Assembly (NCBI GenBank): GCA_965218695.1 | Contig: OZ244651.1 | Span: 1,248,001-1,312,000, forward strand | Length of the DNA: 64,000 bases | Source: Nitrosopumilus sp. | GTDB lineage: Archaea > Thermoproteota > Nitrososphaeria > Nitrososphaerales > Nitrosopumilaceae | Direction: 5' to 3' | In this document: one piece after another, positions 32,055 to 40,525 of the stretch | Numbering within the stretch: position 1 is the first letter of the stretch | Layout of the letters: each line of letters starts with the position of its first letter | The notes under the pieces: model-generated | Databases searched by the model: none | The model's input: the letters and a program-made list of their open reading frames with translations, nothing else | What the model was told of the DNA's origin: nothing | Translations under genes and position numbers: made by a program

Positions 32055-32103
32055 TCCTAATCTGAACCGTCTTGATGGGTCTTTATAGGTTTTTGTTCTA
32101 TTT

Positions 32104-33403
32104 CAGTAGTCGGAAATTTACCCTCTAAGCCATCCAACAGATGTTCGCAGACGTGTTAACATTTTTCGAGCATACGGATCTATTATCTACGGCGTCCTTG
32201 CCCACCCTAGTGTTTGCGCAAAAAGGTGGGCAGGTACACCGTAACAAGATCGGAGAAAGGATGCTTAATACCTTGTCAGGAATACTGTGGTCTGCACCCA
32301 TAGGATTCCCTACTGGGAACAATGCCCAATACGGGGTGGGCGAGTTTGCAGCCATACTGATGAAGATGTCTGAATCCAACATAGCCTCCGAGGAGGCAAT
32401 CAGGCTGCTCAAGCATGCCAAAAAGAAGATGCCGTCACCCAAGTGGTTTCGCAACATGGTAAACTCGCTAGAATCAGACGGTGCAGACGAACTCTGCAGG
32501 GACATGCTCACACGCACCGCAAGGCTTGCCAAGAATACGTGCCGGTACAAGGGAGGCGTACTGGTGGCAATAGACAAGCACCTGATACCAAGGCACGACA
32601 AGGACAACATGTCACACCTGATATGGTCCAAACCAAAGGGCGGTACAGGCAGGTTCGAGTGCTATGCGACAATGCACGTGGTAGCAGAGCAGGTTCCGGC
32701 CATTTTGGAGTGCATGCAGGTCACGCGCAGCGTGGACAACGCCGATTTTGTGCGTAAATTCATGCAAAAACTCAGGGATTACAGGATACGGGCCCGGCTG
32801 CTGCTGATGGACCGCGAGTTTTACTCGACTGAGATAATCAGGCTTGTATCCGAACAAAGGCGCAAGTTCCTGATGCCGGCAGTCAAGAACGTGGGGATGA
32901 AGAGGGCGATACGGGAGCACCACGATAAATCACGCAGGGCAGTCTCACGGTACACCCTCAGAAACGCAGCAGGCCAGTCTGTTACATTCACGTTGATAAT
33001 CACGCCCTCAAAAAAGATAGACGATCCTGATGCCGATGCCACGGAAAGATACCATGTCTTTGCCACCAACCTTTCCCCTGCCAGGGCGCTAGACGAGATT
33101 GAGACGCTTCCAGAGGAGTACAGGAGAAGGTGGGGGATAGAGACAGGATACAAGCAGGTAGAGCAGGTGCGTCCGAGGACGACAAGCCGCAATGCGTCGT
33201 TTAGGGCAATCATGTTTTACGTCTCGCTGTTCATGTACAACACGTGGGCAGTGGAGCAGTACCGTGCGGATTCGAGTTATGATCGGGTGACTCTGGCGCT
33301 TGTCGCATATGCTGCGGCCATGGCTGCATTGGAATTATGTAGGATTGTGGGTCAACCGTATGATGTCGGGGGACCTGCCTAAGGGGTAAATTTCCGACTA
33401 CTG
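32104..33403 (+). mobile_element. ISH3-like insertion sequence copy 1, 1300 bp
   Basis: Perfect 20-bp TIR CAGTAGTCGGAAATTTACCC; 5-bp TSD TATTT (32099-32103, 33404-33408). Confidence 0.95.
32141..33382 (+). CDS. ISH3-like DDE transposase
   Basis: AIDKHLI, LMDREFY, YRRRWGIETGY. Confidence 0.9.
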   Translation: MFADVLTFFEHTDLLSTASLPTLVFAQKGGQVHRNKIGERMLNTLSGILWSAPIGFPTGNNAQYGVGEFAAILMKMSESNIASEEAIRLLKHAKKKMPSPKWFRNMVNSLESDGADELCRDMLTRTARLAKNTCRYKGGVLVAIDKHLIPRHDKDNMSHLIWSKPKGGTGRFECYATMHVVAEQVPAILECMQVTRSVDNADFVRKFMQKLRDYRIRARLLLMDREFYSTEIIRLVSEQRRKFLMPAVKNVGMKRAIREHHDKSRRAVSRYTLRNAAGQSVTFTLIITPSKKIDDPDADATERYHVFATNLSPARALDEIETLPEEYRRRWGIETGYKQVEQVRPRTTSRNASFRAIMFYVSLFMYNTWAVEQYRADSSYDRVTLALVAYAAAMAALELCRIVGQPYDVGGPA

Positions 33404-33409
33404 TATTTC

Positions 33410-34622
33410 GGGTGTGTCCTAGAGGCATATACCCCCGGATGACAAAAGATATGGATCGGCGGATCACGGCATCGCCTAATGACTACAAAGAAACGCGACC
33501 AACGACAGTACGATTTGGTTCAGCAGTACCTGTCGGGCCTCATGCTGAATACCGTGCTGGGAATAATCAAGAATCTTGGGGATCCGTACGCCGTCAGGCC
33601 CGGCCTGGGCGGCATGACGGCATACCCGCCTGGCGCCATGGCAGCTGTCTGCATCATGCTTGAGGCACAGCGCACGACCTACCGTAAGATGGTCGGCATC
33701 CTCCGAAACAATAGCGCCATGGCAGCCAAGATGGGCCTAGAGAAAATTCCCTCCAAGAGCACGATAGCACGCGCCTACGGCCTGATCCCGGAATGGTACC
33801 TGGCAGAGGCACACCGGATTGCCATCAGGGAGGTGGAGGCAGGCTCCCTGGCAGCAGACGGTACCGGATACTCGTACCTGCGGTTTGTCAGGTGGTTTGA
33901 CGTCAGGACCGACAGTTTTCGTACCAGAAAGGGATGGGTCAAACTGCACGCAATCGTGGATATCCGCACCAGGGTGATAATCGACTGCATGGTGACTGAC
34001 AGCGCAGTGGCAGACATAAACGGGCTGTACGCGATGCTCGGCAGGTTAGGCCGGGGCACCGGCGACTTTTGCCTGGATTCTGCATACCTGGCAAGGCTCA
34101 TGTGCAACATGATATCTGCGATGGGAATGGTACCCCGCATCAAGCCAAAATCCAACACCATACGCAACGCCAGGGGAAGCCAGTCGTGGCGCGAGATGGT
34201 AAGCCTGTACATGGATGAACGGGACAGGTTTGACTCGGAATACCACCAGCGCAGCATCATCGAGGCAGTCTTTGCCGCCCTCAAGAAGATGTACGGGGAC
34301 AGCACCCGGTGCCGGAAACACGAGAACCGGACAAGGGAGACTGCGATCCGTGTCATGTGCTACAACATCGAGCTCGTGGCCAGATTGCAGGCAAAAGACG
34401 GCAGGCTCACACAGGATCAAATCGCGACACTTGCAGCATAGCTGGCGCGTTTCACCACGCGCTTCCTAGCGGAGCCTCCGCACCGTGTCTTGGATTTGGG
34501 GGATTTTATGGGTTGTGGAGGATCGATGGTGCGGCACTGTTGGCGTCGACGGGTTCTGGCACCAATCATGTCTTTGGCATCTTGGCACATGAAATGGCAT
34601 TTTTTATTACTAGGACACACCC
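33410..34622 (+). mobile_element. IS5-family insertion sequence, 1213 bp
   Basis: 13-bp TIR GGGTGTGTCCTAG; 3-bp TSD TTC (33407-33409, 34623-34625). Confidence 0.9.
33479..34441 (+). CDS. IS5-family DDE transposase
   Basis: ADGTG, KLHAIVD, LDSAY, YHQRSIIEAVF. Confidence 0.88.
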   Translation: MTTKKRDQRQYDLVQQYLSGLMLNTVLGIIKNLGDPYAVRPGLGGMTAYPPGAMAAVCIMLEAQRTTYRKMVGILRNNSAMAAKMGLEKIPSKSTIARAYGLIPEWYLAEAHRIAIREVEAGSLAADGTGYSYLRFVRWFDVRTDSFRTRKGWVKLHAIVDIRTRVIIDCMVTDSAVADINGLYAMLGRLGRGTGDFCLDSAYLARLMCNMISAMGMVPRIKPKSNTIRNARGSQSWREMVSLYMDERDRFDSEYHQRSIIEAVFAALKKMYGDSTRCRKHENRTRETAIRVMCYNIELVARLQAKDGRLTQDQIATLAA

Positions 34623-34630
34623 TTCTATTT

Positions 34631-35930
34631 CAGTAGTCGGAAATTTACCCTCTAAGCCATCCAACAGATGTTCGCAGACGTGTTAACATTTTTCGAGCAT
34701 ACGGATCTATTATCTACGGCGTCCTTGCCCACCCTAGTGTTTGCGCAAAAAGGTGGGCAGGTACACCGTAACAAGATCGGAGAAAGGATGCTTAATACCT
34801 TGTCAGGAATACTGTGGTCTGCACCCATAGGATTCCCTACTGGGAACAATGCCCAATACGGGGTGGGCGAGTTTGCAGCCATACTGATGAAGATGTCTGA
34901 ATCCAACATAGCCTCCGAGGAGGCAATCAGGCTGCTCAAGCATGCCAAAAAGAAGATGCCGTCACCCAAGTGGTTTCGCAACATGGTAAACTCGCTAGAA
35001 TCAGACGGTGCAGACGAACTCTGCAGGGACATGCTCACACGCACCGCAAGGCTTGCCAAGAATACGTGCCGGTACAAGGGAGGCGTACTGGTGGCAATAG
35101 ACAAGCACCTGATACCAAGGCACGACAAGGACAACATGTCACACCTGATATGGTCCAAACCAAAGGGCGGTACAGGCAGGTTCGAGTGCTATGCGACAAT
35201 GCACGTGGTAGCAGAGCAGGTTCCGACCATTTTGGAGTGCATGCAGGTCACGCGCAGCGTGGACAACGCCGATTTTGTGCGTAAATTCATGCAAAAACTC
35301 AGGGATTACAGGATACGGGCCCGGCTGCTGCTGATGGACCGCGAGTTTTACTCGACTGAGATAATCAGGCTTGTATCCGAACAAAGGCGCAAGTTCCTGA
35401 TGCCGGCAGTCAAGAACGTGGGGATGAAGAGGGCGATACGGGAGCACCACGATAAATCACGCAGGGCAGTCTCACGGTACACCCTCAGAAACGCAGCAGG
35501 CCAGTCTGTTACATTCACGTTGATAATCACGCCCTCAAAAAAGATAGACGATCCTGATGCCGATGCCACGGAAAGATACCATGTCTTTGCCACCAACCTT
35601 TCCCCTGCCAGGGCGCTAGACGAGATTGAGACGCTTCCAGAGGAGTACAGGAGAAGGTGGGGGATAGAGACAGGATACAAGCAGGTAGAGCAGGTGCGTC
35701 CGAGGACGACAAGCCGCAATGCGTCGTTTAGGGCAATCATGTTTTACGTCTCGCTGTTCATGTACAACACGTGGGCAGTGGAGCAGTACCGTGCGGATTC
35801 GAGTTATGATCGGGTGACTCTGGCGCTTGTCGCATATGCTGCGGCCATGGCTGCATTGGAATTATGTAGGATTGTGGGTCAACCGTATGATGTCGGGGGA
35901 CCTGCCTAAGGGGTAAATTTCCGACTACTG
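34631..35930 (+). mobile_element. ISH3-like insertion sequence copy 2, 1300 bp
   Basis: Same TIR as copy 1; TSD TATTT (34626-34630, 35931-35935); one visible substitution vs copy 1 (VPAI vs VPTI). Confidence 0.95.
34668..35909 (+). CDS. ISH3-like DDE transposase
   Basis: 412/413 aa identical to 32141..33382. Confidence 0.9.
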   Translation: MFADVLTFFEHTDLLSTASLPTLVFAQKGGQVHRNKIGERMLNTLSGILWSAPIGFPTGNNAQYGVGEFAAILMKMSESNIASEEAIRLLKHAKKKMPSPKWFRNMVNSLESDGADELCRDMLTRTARLAKNTCRYKGGVLVAIDKHLIPRHDKDNMSHLIWSKPKGGTGRFECYATMHVVAEQVPTILECMQVTRSVDNADFVRKFMQKLRDYRIRARLLLMDREFYSTEIIRLVSEQRRKFLMPAVKNVGMKRAIREHHDKSRRAVSRYTLRNAAGQSVTFTLIITPSKKIDDPDADATERYHVFATNLSPARALDEIETLPEEYRRRWGIETGYKQVEQVRPRTTSRNASFRAIMFYVSLFMYNTWAVEQYRADSSYDRVTLALVAYAAAMAALELCRIVGQPYDVGGPA

Positions 35931-35943
35931 TATTTGTCTGTAT

Positions 35944-37077
35944 TGTGGAATACGAAAAGTAGTTCCTCCCTTACTCCACATGATACTGCTCCCCTGTCTG
36001 CTCGTCTATTACTATCTCTCCTTTGGGTGGCATCTTGCGCACAAACGCCTGGGCTGGCGTCTCCTCCCCGTCTAGGCCAAGTGACATGTGCGGTCTGTCG
36101 TAATTGTACCACTGCATGAAGAGGTCCACCGGGTCGCTCTTGCGCATCATTATCGCCTCAAATTCGGGCAGCTTCCGCTGGATCTCCCCGTGCAGCCTCT
36201 CCAGCTTGCCGTTGGTCTGCGGATGCCTCACGCCTGCCAGAATCTGCTTGATGCCAAGCTCTGCCAGCCTCTTTTCAAATTGGGATGCACCCTTTTTCTT
36301 TGCCTCTGATGCGGTGGCGTAGAACTGGGATCCGCGGTCAGTCATTATGGATGCAGGCTTGCCGTGGTTTCTTATCGCCTCGTCCAATACCGACAGGGCG
36401 TTTTCTGCCGTTGCGCGCTCAAACGTGCCGTACGCAGTCACGAACCGCGAGGCGTCGTCCTCGTAACACAGGAACCATCTGCCGTCATCAAGCAGCTTGT
36501 AGTCGGTGTGCCACATCGAGTTGGAGTAGGTGCGCTCAAAGCGGATCCACTTGCGGCGCTTGCTCTTGTTGGGCTGTCTGGCAGCCAGATCCTCGTCACG
36601 CAATACCATGTGTATGCGGTTGTATGGAATATTTATTCCGGTGACGTCCCTTATGCGCCCGTGCAGGCGCACGGCCCCGACGTGGTCATTGCCCTTGGCG
36701 CACAGTACCGCGGAGTGTTCCTTCCGGCCGGGAAGGCCGCATGCGGGCCTGCCCGTGTGCATCGGATATGCCACGCTGCTGCGTTCCTGTCCCCTGTACC
36801 TGGAATACAGCCTCCTTATCCACCGCGGCGACACACCCATGGCCTTGGAGATGCATGAATTGGTGGATCCCTTGTCCTTCTCCAAAAGTATCCACCTTAC
36901 CTTCGATTCGTCCAGCTTTTTCATGATGCGTACTCTCCGGGTTCCCATATGCCGCCACCGATTGGAGTACATCGTTCTTGCCCACACACCCTTGCTTCCA
37001 CTCAACACCAGACTGAGCTTGCTTCCAAACACGCCGGCTCCATTGGTTAGGGGAGGAACTACTTTTTGTACAACGTA
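35944..37077 (-). mobile_element. IS481-like insertion sequence, 1134 bp
   Basis: Subterminal IR TAC(G/A)AAAAGTAGTTCCTCCC at both ends; TGT terminus at 35944; direct repeat TCTATTTGTCTGTAT at 37078-37092 and, split by ISH3 copy 2, at 34624-34630/35931-35943. Confidence 0.85.
35971..37032 (-). CDS. IS481-family (rve integrase core) transposase
   Basis: N-terminal HTH; WHTDY, EDDASR, TDRGSQF, PQTNGKLER, YNYDRPH; start may be 36924. Confidence 0.9.
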   Translation of the reverse strand: MFGSKLSLVLSGSKGVWARTMYSNRWRHMGTRRVRIMKKLDESKVRWILLEKDKGSTNSCISKAMGVSPRWIRRLYSRYRGQERSSVAYPMHTGRPACGLPGRKEHSAVLCAKGNDHVGAVRLHGRIRDVTGINIPYNRIHMVLRDEDLAARQPNKSKRRKWIRFERTYSNSMWHTDYKLLDDGRWFLCYEDDASRFVTAYGTFERATAENALSVLDEAIRNHGKPASIMTDRGSQFYATASEAKKKGASQFEKRLAELGIKQILAGVRHPQTNGKLERLHGEIQRKLPEFEAIMMRKSDPVDLFMQWYNYDRPHMSLGLDGEETPAQAFVRKMPPKGEIVIDEQTGEQYHVE

Positions 37078-37523
37078 TCTATTTGTCTGTATATACTCAG
37101 GTCCCCCTCAAATCCGGGCGTGAACATACGTAAACAGTACATGCTTGTGCCTGGACAGTACCGGGACTTGGGCATGTGCATTTGTGTGGTTTATGCCTGA
37201 CTCGTGTACCGGCGGGGCCATGGGATGGGACCCTTGGAAAAACGAATGCCGGACGGATCTGGGGAAGGGGACGGAGGGAAATTTCATTCCGGCCTCATGT
37301 GGAATGGTGGAGTCGTGGGCATGAAAATACGCATTCCAATCAGACGATGAGTCAATCCGCCAACCTGCATGATTGCAAAACCCCGCCCACATGTTTTGCA
37401 CGGGGCCTGCCGGGGTTCGTCTGTCCCCTGGCATCAATATTGGTGAATTAGCCGCGCCTGCACCGCAGCAGCGCACATCATGCAAAATAACCTGTTCAAC
37501 GCCTGTCGCCTTTCCGGCGGTGC

Positions 37524-37745
37524 CTACTCTGGGAATGATATTGCCATGATGTTGTCGCCGCGCAACAGAACATTTCCGATGAGTACGGATTTTTCATCCG
37601 AGACGTCCTCGGTATCATTCAGCGTCATATTCATGTGGATGTCAAATTCCTTCAGGGTGCCCCGTATGGTCTTTTTGTTTCTCAGTCTCAGCATGATAGT
37701 CTTGCCCCTGTTGCTGTTCATTAGCGTCGGGATCTCGTCTACCAT
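37524..37745 (-). CDS. Sm-like (Lsm) RNA-binding protein
   Basis: G.L..FD.HMN Sm1 motif and LLRGDNI Sm2 motif. Confidence 0.92.
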   Translation of the reverse strand: MVDEIPTLMNSNRGKTIMLRLRNKKTIRGTLKEFDIHMNMTLNDTEDVSDEKSVLIGNVLLRGDNIMAISFPE

Positions 37746-37841
37746 TGCGTTTATGCGTAGTTTACTCCTACTTATTTTATACTATCTGGGGGTTCTCCTG
37801 CATCATCGGTTGGTGACACAAAATCAGGATCTTCTCCAGAT

Positions 37842-38018
37842 TCACTCGTCTGGCCTGCGCACCATTATGTCATCACCGGAAATGACAAACTTTAGTTTGT
37901 CGGGATTGCCAAGCATTTCAAGTATCGGTTTTGGTATGTAGCTGTAGTTTGTCAGACGCTTCTCGTTTTTGATCACAGAAACGGTAAATTCCTTGGCGTC
38001 TTTGGCCCACTGGGTCAT
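37842..38018 (-). CDS. 58-aa small protein, possibly AbrB/SpoVT-like DNA-binding (below ORF-track cutoff)
   Basis: Manual translation MTQWAKDAKEFTVSVIKNEKRLTNYSYIPKPILEMLGNPDKLKFVISGDDIMVRRPDE; IPK.I...LG pattern; TTAAATA box about 22 nt upstream. Confidence 0.7.
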   Translation of the reverse strand: MTQWAKDAKEFTVSVIKNEKRLTNYSYIPKPILEMLGNPDKLKFVISGDDIMVRRPDE

Positions 38019-38089
38019 GAATTTTTTTTAGCTGCCTGTTATTTAAGACTGGTAGAAAGATCTATGTAATAATACCAATTGGTTTATTT

Positions 38090-39235
38090 ATGAACAGGGC
38101 AAAACGCGCCAAAACGGCGGCAAGGCAGGGACAGGTGATCAGCAACGACCCAAAGCAGGTGAGGATGACAAGTCTCAGACGATGGAATGTGGCATCGCAG
38201 TCTATTCCAGGACTGTGGTATCTGGTGATTCTTGGCTCTGCCGGGTTTGTATGCGCGTGCCAGCATTACGTCAATTGTGACGGCCTGTGCAAGCACGTGC
38301 GGGCAGTGGACGTGTTGCTTGGCCGGATGTGGGACCGGTGCAGGAACCAAAATACAATTGTCATTAGCATGCCTCAGACTGCATGCCACCATTGCAAGTC
38401 GACTGTGTTTGCACGCAACGGGCACCGACACAACGCGTACGGGCCGATCCGGCGGTACCGGTGTAAGCCGTGCGGCCGGACATTCTCCGGACGGCCGGGC
38501 TTCAAGAAGCGCCATGCCGGCCCAGAGGCGATATCCCGGGCACTCAGGGAGGCAGCGTACGGGCTGTCCTGCGCTGCGGTGCAGGCAGTGATGGCACAGG
38601 ACGGAACAACCGTGCATTCAAGCACGATATACAGGTGGACTGCACATTATTCGACGCTGATGGATGAATATTCAAGGCGGCTGCAGCCGCGCACGAGCTA
38701 CAAGTGGCACTGCGACGAGATACATTTCAAGGTTCGCGCGCAGGCGCGGTGGCTTTTTGCCGTCATGGACGGCGCCAGCAGGTTCATACTGTCCCATGAC
38801 GTGTCTGAGACAAAACTCAACTACAGACCCGCCCCCCTGTTTGCAGCCGCAAGGAATCTGGCCGGAACCACCCCGTGGGTGCTGGTAACAGACGGCCTGC
38901 AGGCGTTTTGTCCTGCCGCCCGCAGGGCGTTTTGGAGACGCAACGGCTTCAGGCTGATCCACGTCCGGGAGATTCACCTGAAGAACCGCTTCAGTCATAA
39001 CAACAAGCACGAGAGGCTTAACGGCGAATTCAAGGATCGCATCAAGACCGCCCGCGAGTTCGGGACAGAAAGTCCCGCGCTTGTGCGGCTGATGATCGTC
39101 CACCACAACTTTTTCCGCCCCCATGGCGGCATTGGCAAAATTACACCCGCAGAGGCCGCAGGGATCGTCATATCTGGAACGGACAAGCAGATCACCCTCA
39201 TCAGTAATGCAGCAGCTGCTGCTGCAGCAGCGTAG
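38090..39235 (+). CDS. IS6-family DDE transposase with N-terminal SWIM and zinc-ribbon domains
   Basis: CAC..CKH (SWIM), CHHC..YRCKPCGRTF, WHCDE, VTDG, NNKHER. Confidence 0.85.
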   Translation: MNRAKRAKTAARQGQVISNDPKQVRMTSLRRWNVASQSIPGLWYLVILGSAGFVCACQHYVNCDGLCKHVRAVDVLLGRMWDRCRNQNTIVISMPQTACHHCKSTVFARNGHRHNAYGPIRRYRCKPCGRTFSGRPGFKKRHAGPEAISRALREAAYGLSCAAVQAVMAQDGTTVHSSTIYRWTAHYSTLMDEYSRRLQPRTSYKWHCDEIHFKVRAQARWLFAVMDGASRFILSHDVSETKLNYRPAPLFAAARNLAGTTPWVLVTDGLQAFCPAARRAFWRRNGFRLIHVREIHLKNRFSHNNKHERLNGEFKDRIKTAREFGTESPALVRLMIVHHNFFRPHGGIGKITPAEAAGIVISGTDKQITLISNAAAAAAAA

Positions 39236-39279
39236 TCGCAGCAGCAGCAGTAGCAACGGCAGCTGTAGCAACGGCAGCG
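39209..39279 (+). repeat. GCA/GCT trinucleotide-rich tract (poly-Ala tail of transposase and 3' flank)
   Basis: gcagcagctgctgctgcagcagcg...gcagcagcagcagtagcaacggcagctgtagcaacggcagc. Confidence 0.7.
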
Positions 39280-39727
39280 ACACACGTAGCCCAGACTGGC
39301 CTTGGCGTGATGGATGTCCCATCAATGCATGTCATGGCAATGACTGGGATTATCCATCACAACTGGCAGATTCTCCCTAGAGGAATTATGATTTAATGGG
39401 GAATGGCATAACGGTGCGTAAAACAGGCAAGTAAATCTGGAGAAGATCCTGAATTTGTGCCACCAACCGATGATGCAGGAGAACCCTATCTGGGTGCTCT
39501 CGGATTACAGATGTCAAACATAGACATGTTCTGATTTTTGGCATCGCCATCTGTTTTCCATTATCTGTATTTGTGGTGGTTTCGGGAAACCGCATGCACA
39601 AATACATCATGCCGCTGTTTGGGGCGGCAGCGGTTTTTGTGGCTTTTTTTTGGTGCCCTTGCAGAGACATTCGTACCCAAAATACCCCAAAAAAGGAAAA
39701 TGCAGTTGACTAGCAGACGAATGATGA

Positions 39728-40525
39728 ATGTCGCGTCCGGAAGTATCAACCCCCTCCGGATACATGCAATTTCATGCTTTGCCCATCAACATTAATAACA
39801 TCTACGTGCAATGCTTTCTGTTGTTTCAAAGCGAGATCCAGAAATCACTTGATCTGTTGGAGAAGGACTGGGACGTGGATCCGATCCTGCGGAATTTCGT
39901 GCTGGGCAAAATCACTGACGTGTCTGACCGGCCGGTCAGGGTGGGCAGGGTCGTCTTTCACGTACCATACCTGGACTCTGAGAAGAAGTACGTCCTGTGG
40001 AAGTGCTTCTGGCCTGACTGCCACAACTGCTGCAACCGGCAGGGCAGACTCCCGCTGACCTCTGATGACCTCATCACGATTGGCAGGGGGCTAAAGTACC
40101 AAAGGACGTCGGACTTTATACGAAACGAGACCATCACAACAACATACCAGGAGCATGGCCCCTCTGGGCAGGCAACTGTCATGACTACAATCAACCTGAA
40201 GAGAAAGACAGACGAGACTGCCGAGGACGACGGAACGCACGTCCCGTGCAGATTCCTTGACGAGAAGGGCGGATGCAGCATGCATCCGGACAGGCCGGGC
40301 GTGTGCTACCTGTATCCGTTCTCAACCTGGCTAGAAAACGAGAAGGGAATGGCGCGAGTACACGCCACATACCAGTTTACCGGAGACTGCCCGGGGTTCT
40401 ACCTTGCAGACTCCCTGGAACCCATGAACGGCGAGTTCAAGGAGTACTCTGGGATAATTTACGATTACAACATGGCCTCTGCCCGTACCGGCAGGGAGGG
40501 GTTCGGCTCAATTGCCCTTGGCTAG
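39728..40525 (+). CDS. YkgJ-like CxxCC cysteine-cluster (Zn/Fe-chelating) protein
   Basis: C...DCHNCC, CRFL, CSMHPDRPGVCYLYPF, CPG; real start probably near 39820. Confidence 0.8.
   Translation: MSRPEVSTPSGYMQFHALPININNIYVQCFLLFQSEIQKSLDLLEKDWDVDPILRNFVLGKITDVSDRPVRVGRVVFHVPYLDSEKKYVLWKCFWPDCHNCCNRQGRLPLTSDDLITIGRGLKYQRTSDFIRNETITTTYQEHGPSGQATVMTTINLKRKTDETAEDDGTHVPCRFLDEKGGCSMHPDRPGVCYLYPFSTWLENEKGMARVHATYQFTGDCPGFYLADSLEPMNGEFKEYSGIIYDYNMASARTGREGFGSIALG

Larger units (their letters stand above)
37791..39485 (+). mobile_element. IS6-like element, 1695 bp, with long TIRs and a passenger gene
   Basis: Ends GGTTCTCCTGCA (cf. IS6-family GGTTCTGTTGCA); 83-bp ungapped inverted repeat 72/83; 9-bp TSD CTATCTGGG (37782-37790, 39486-39494). 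Confidence 0.88.

Noticed and set aside
32104-35930. Composite transposon (ISH3-IS5-ISH3)
   Set aside because: Each ISH3 copy has its own TATTT duplication on both sides and IS5 has its own TTC; independent insertions explain the sequence fully, and there is no cargo
37098-37113. CAGGTCCCCCTCAAAT, similar to CAGGCCCCTCCAAAT near 55175, as orphan ISH3-like ends
   Set aside because: No partner inverted repeat or TSD found for either
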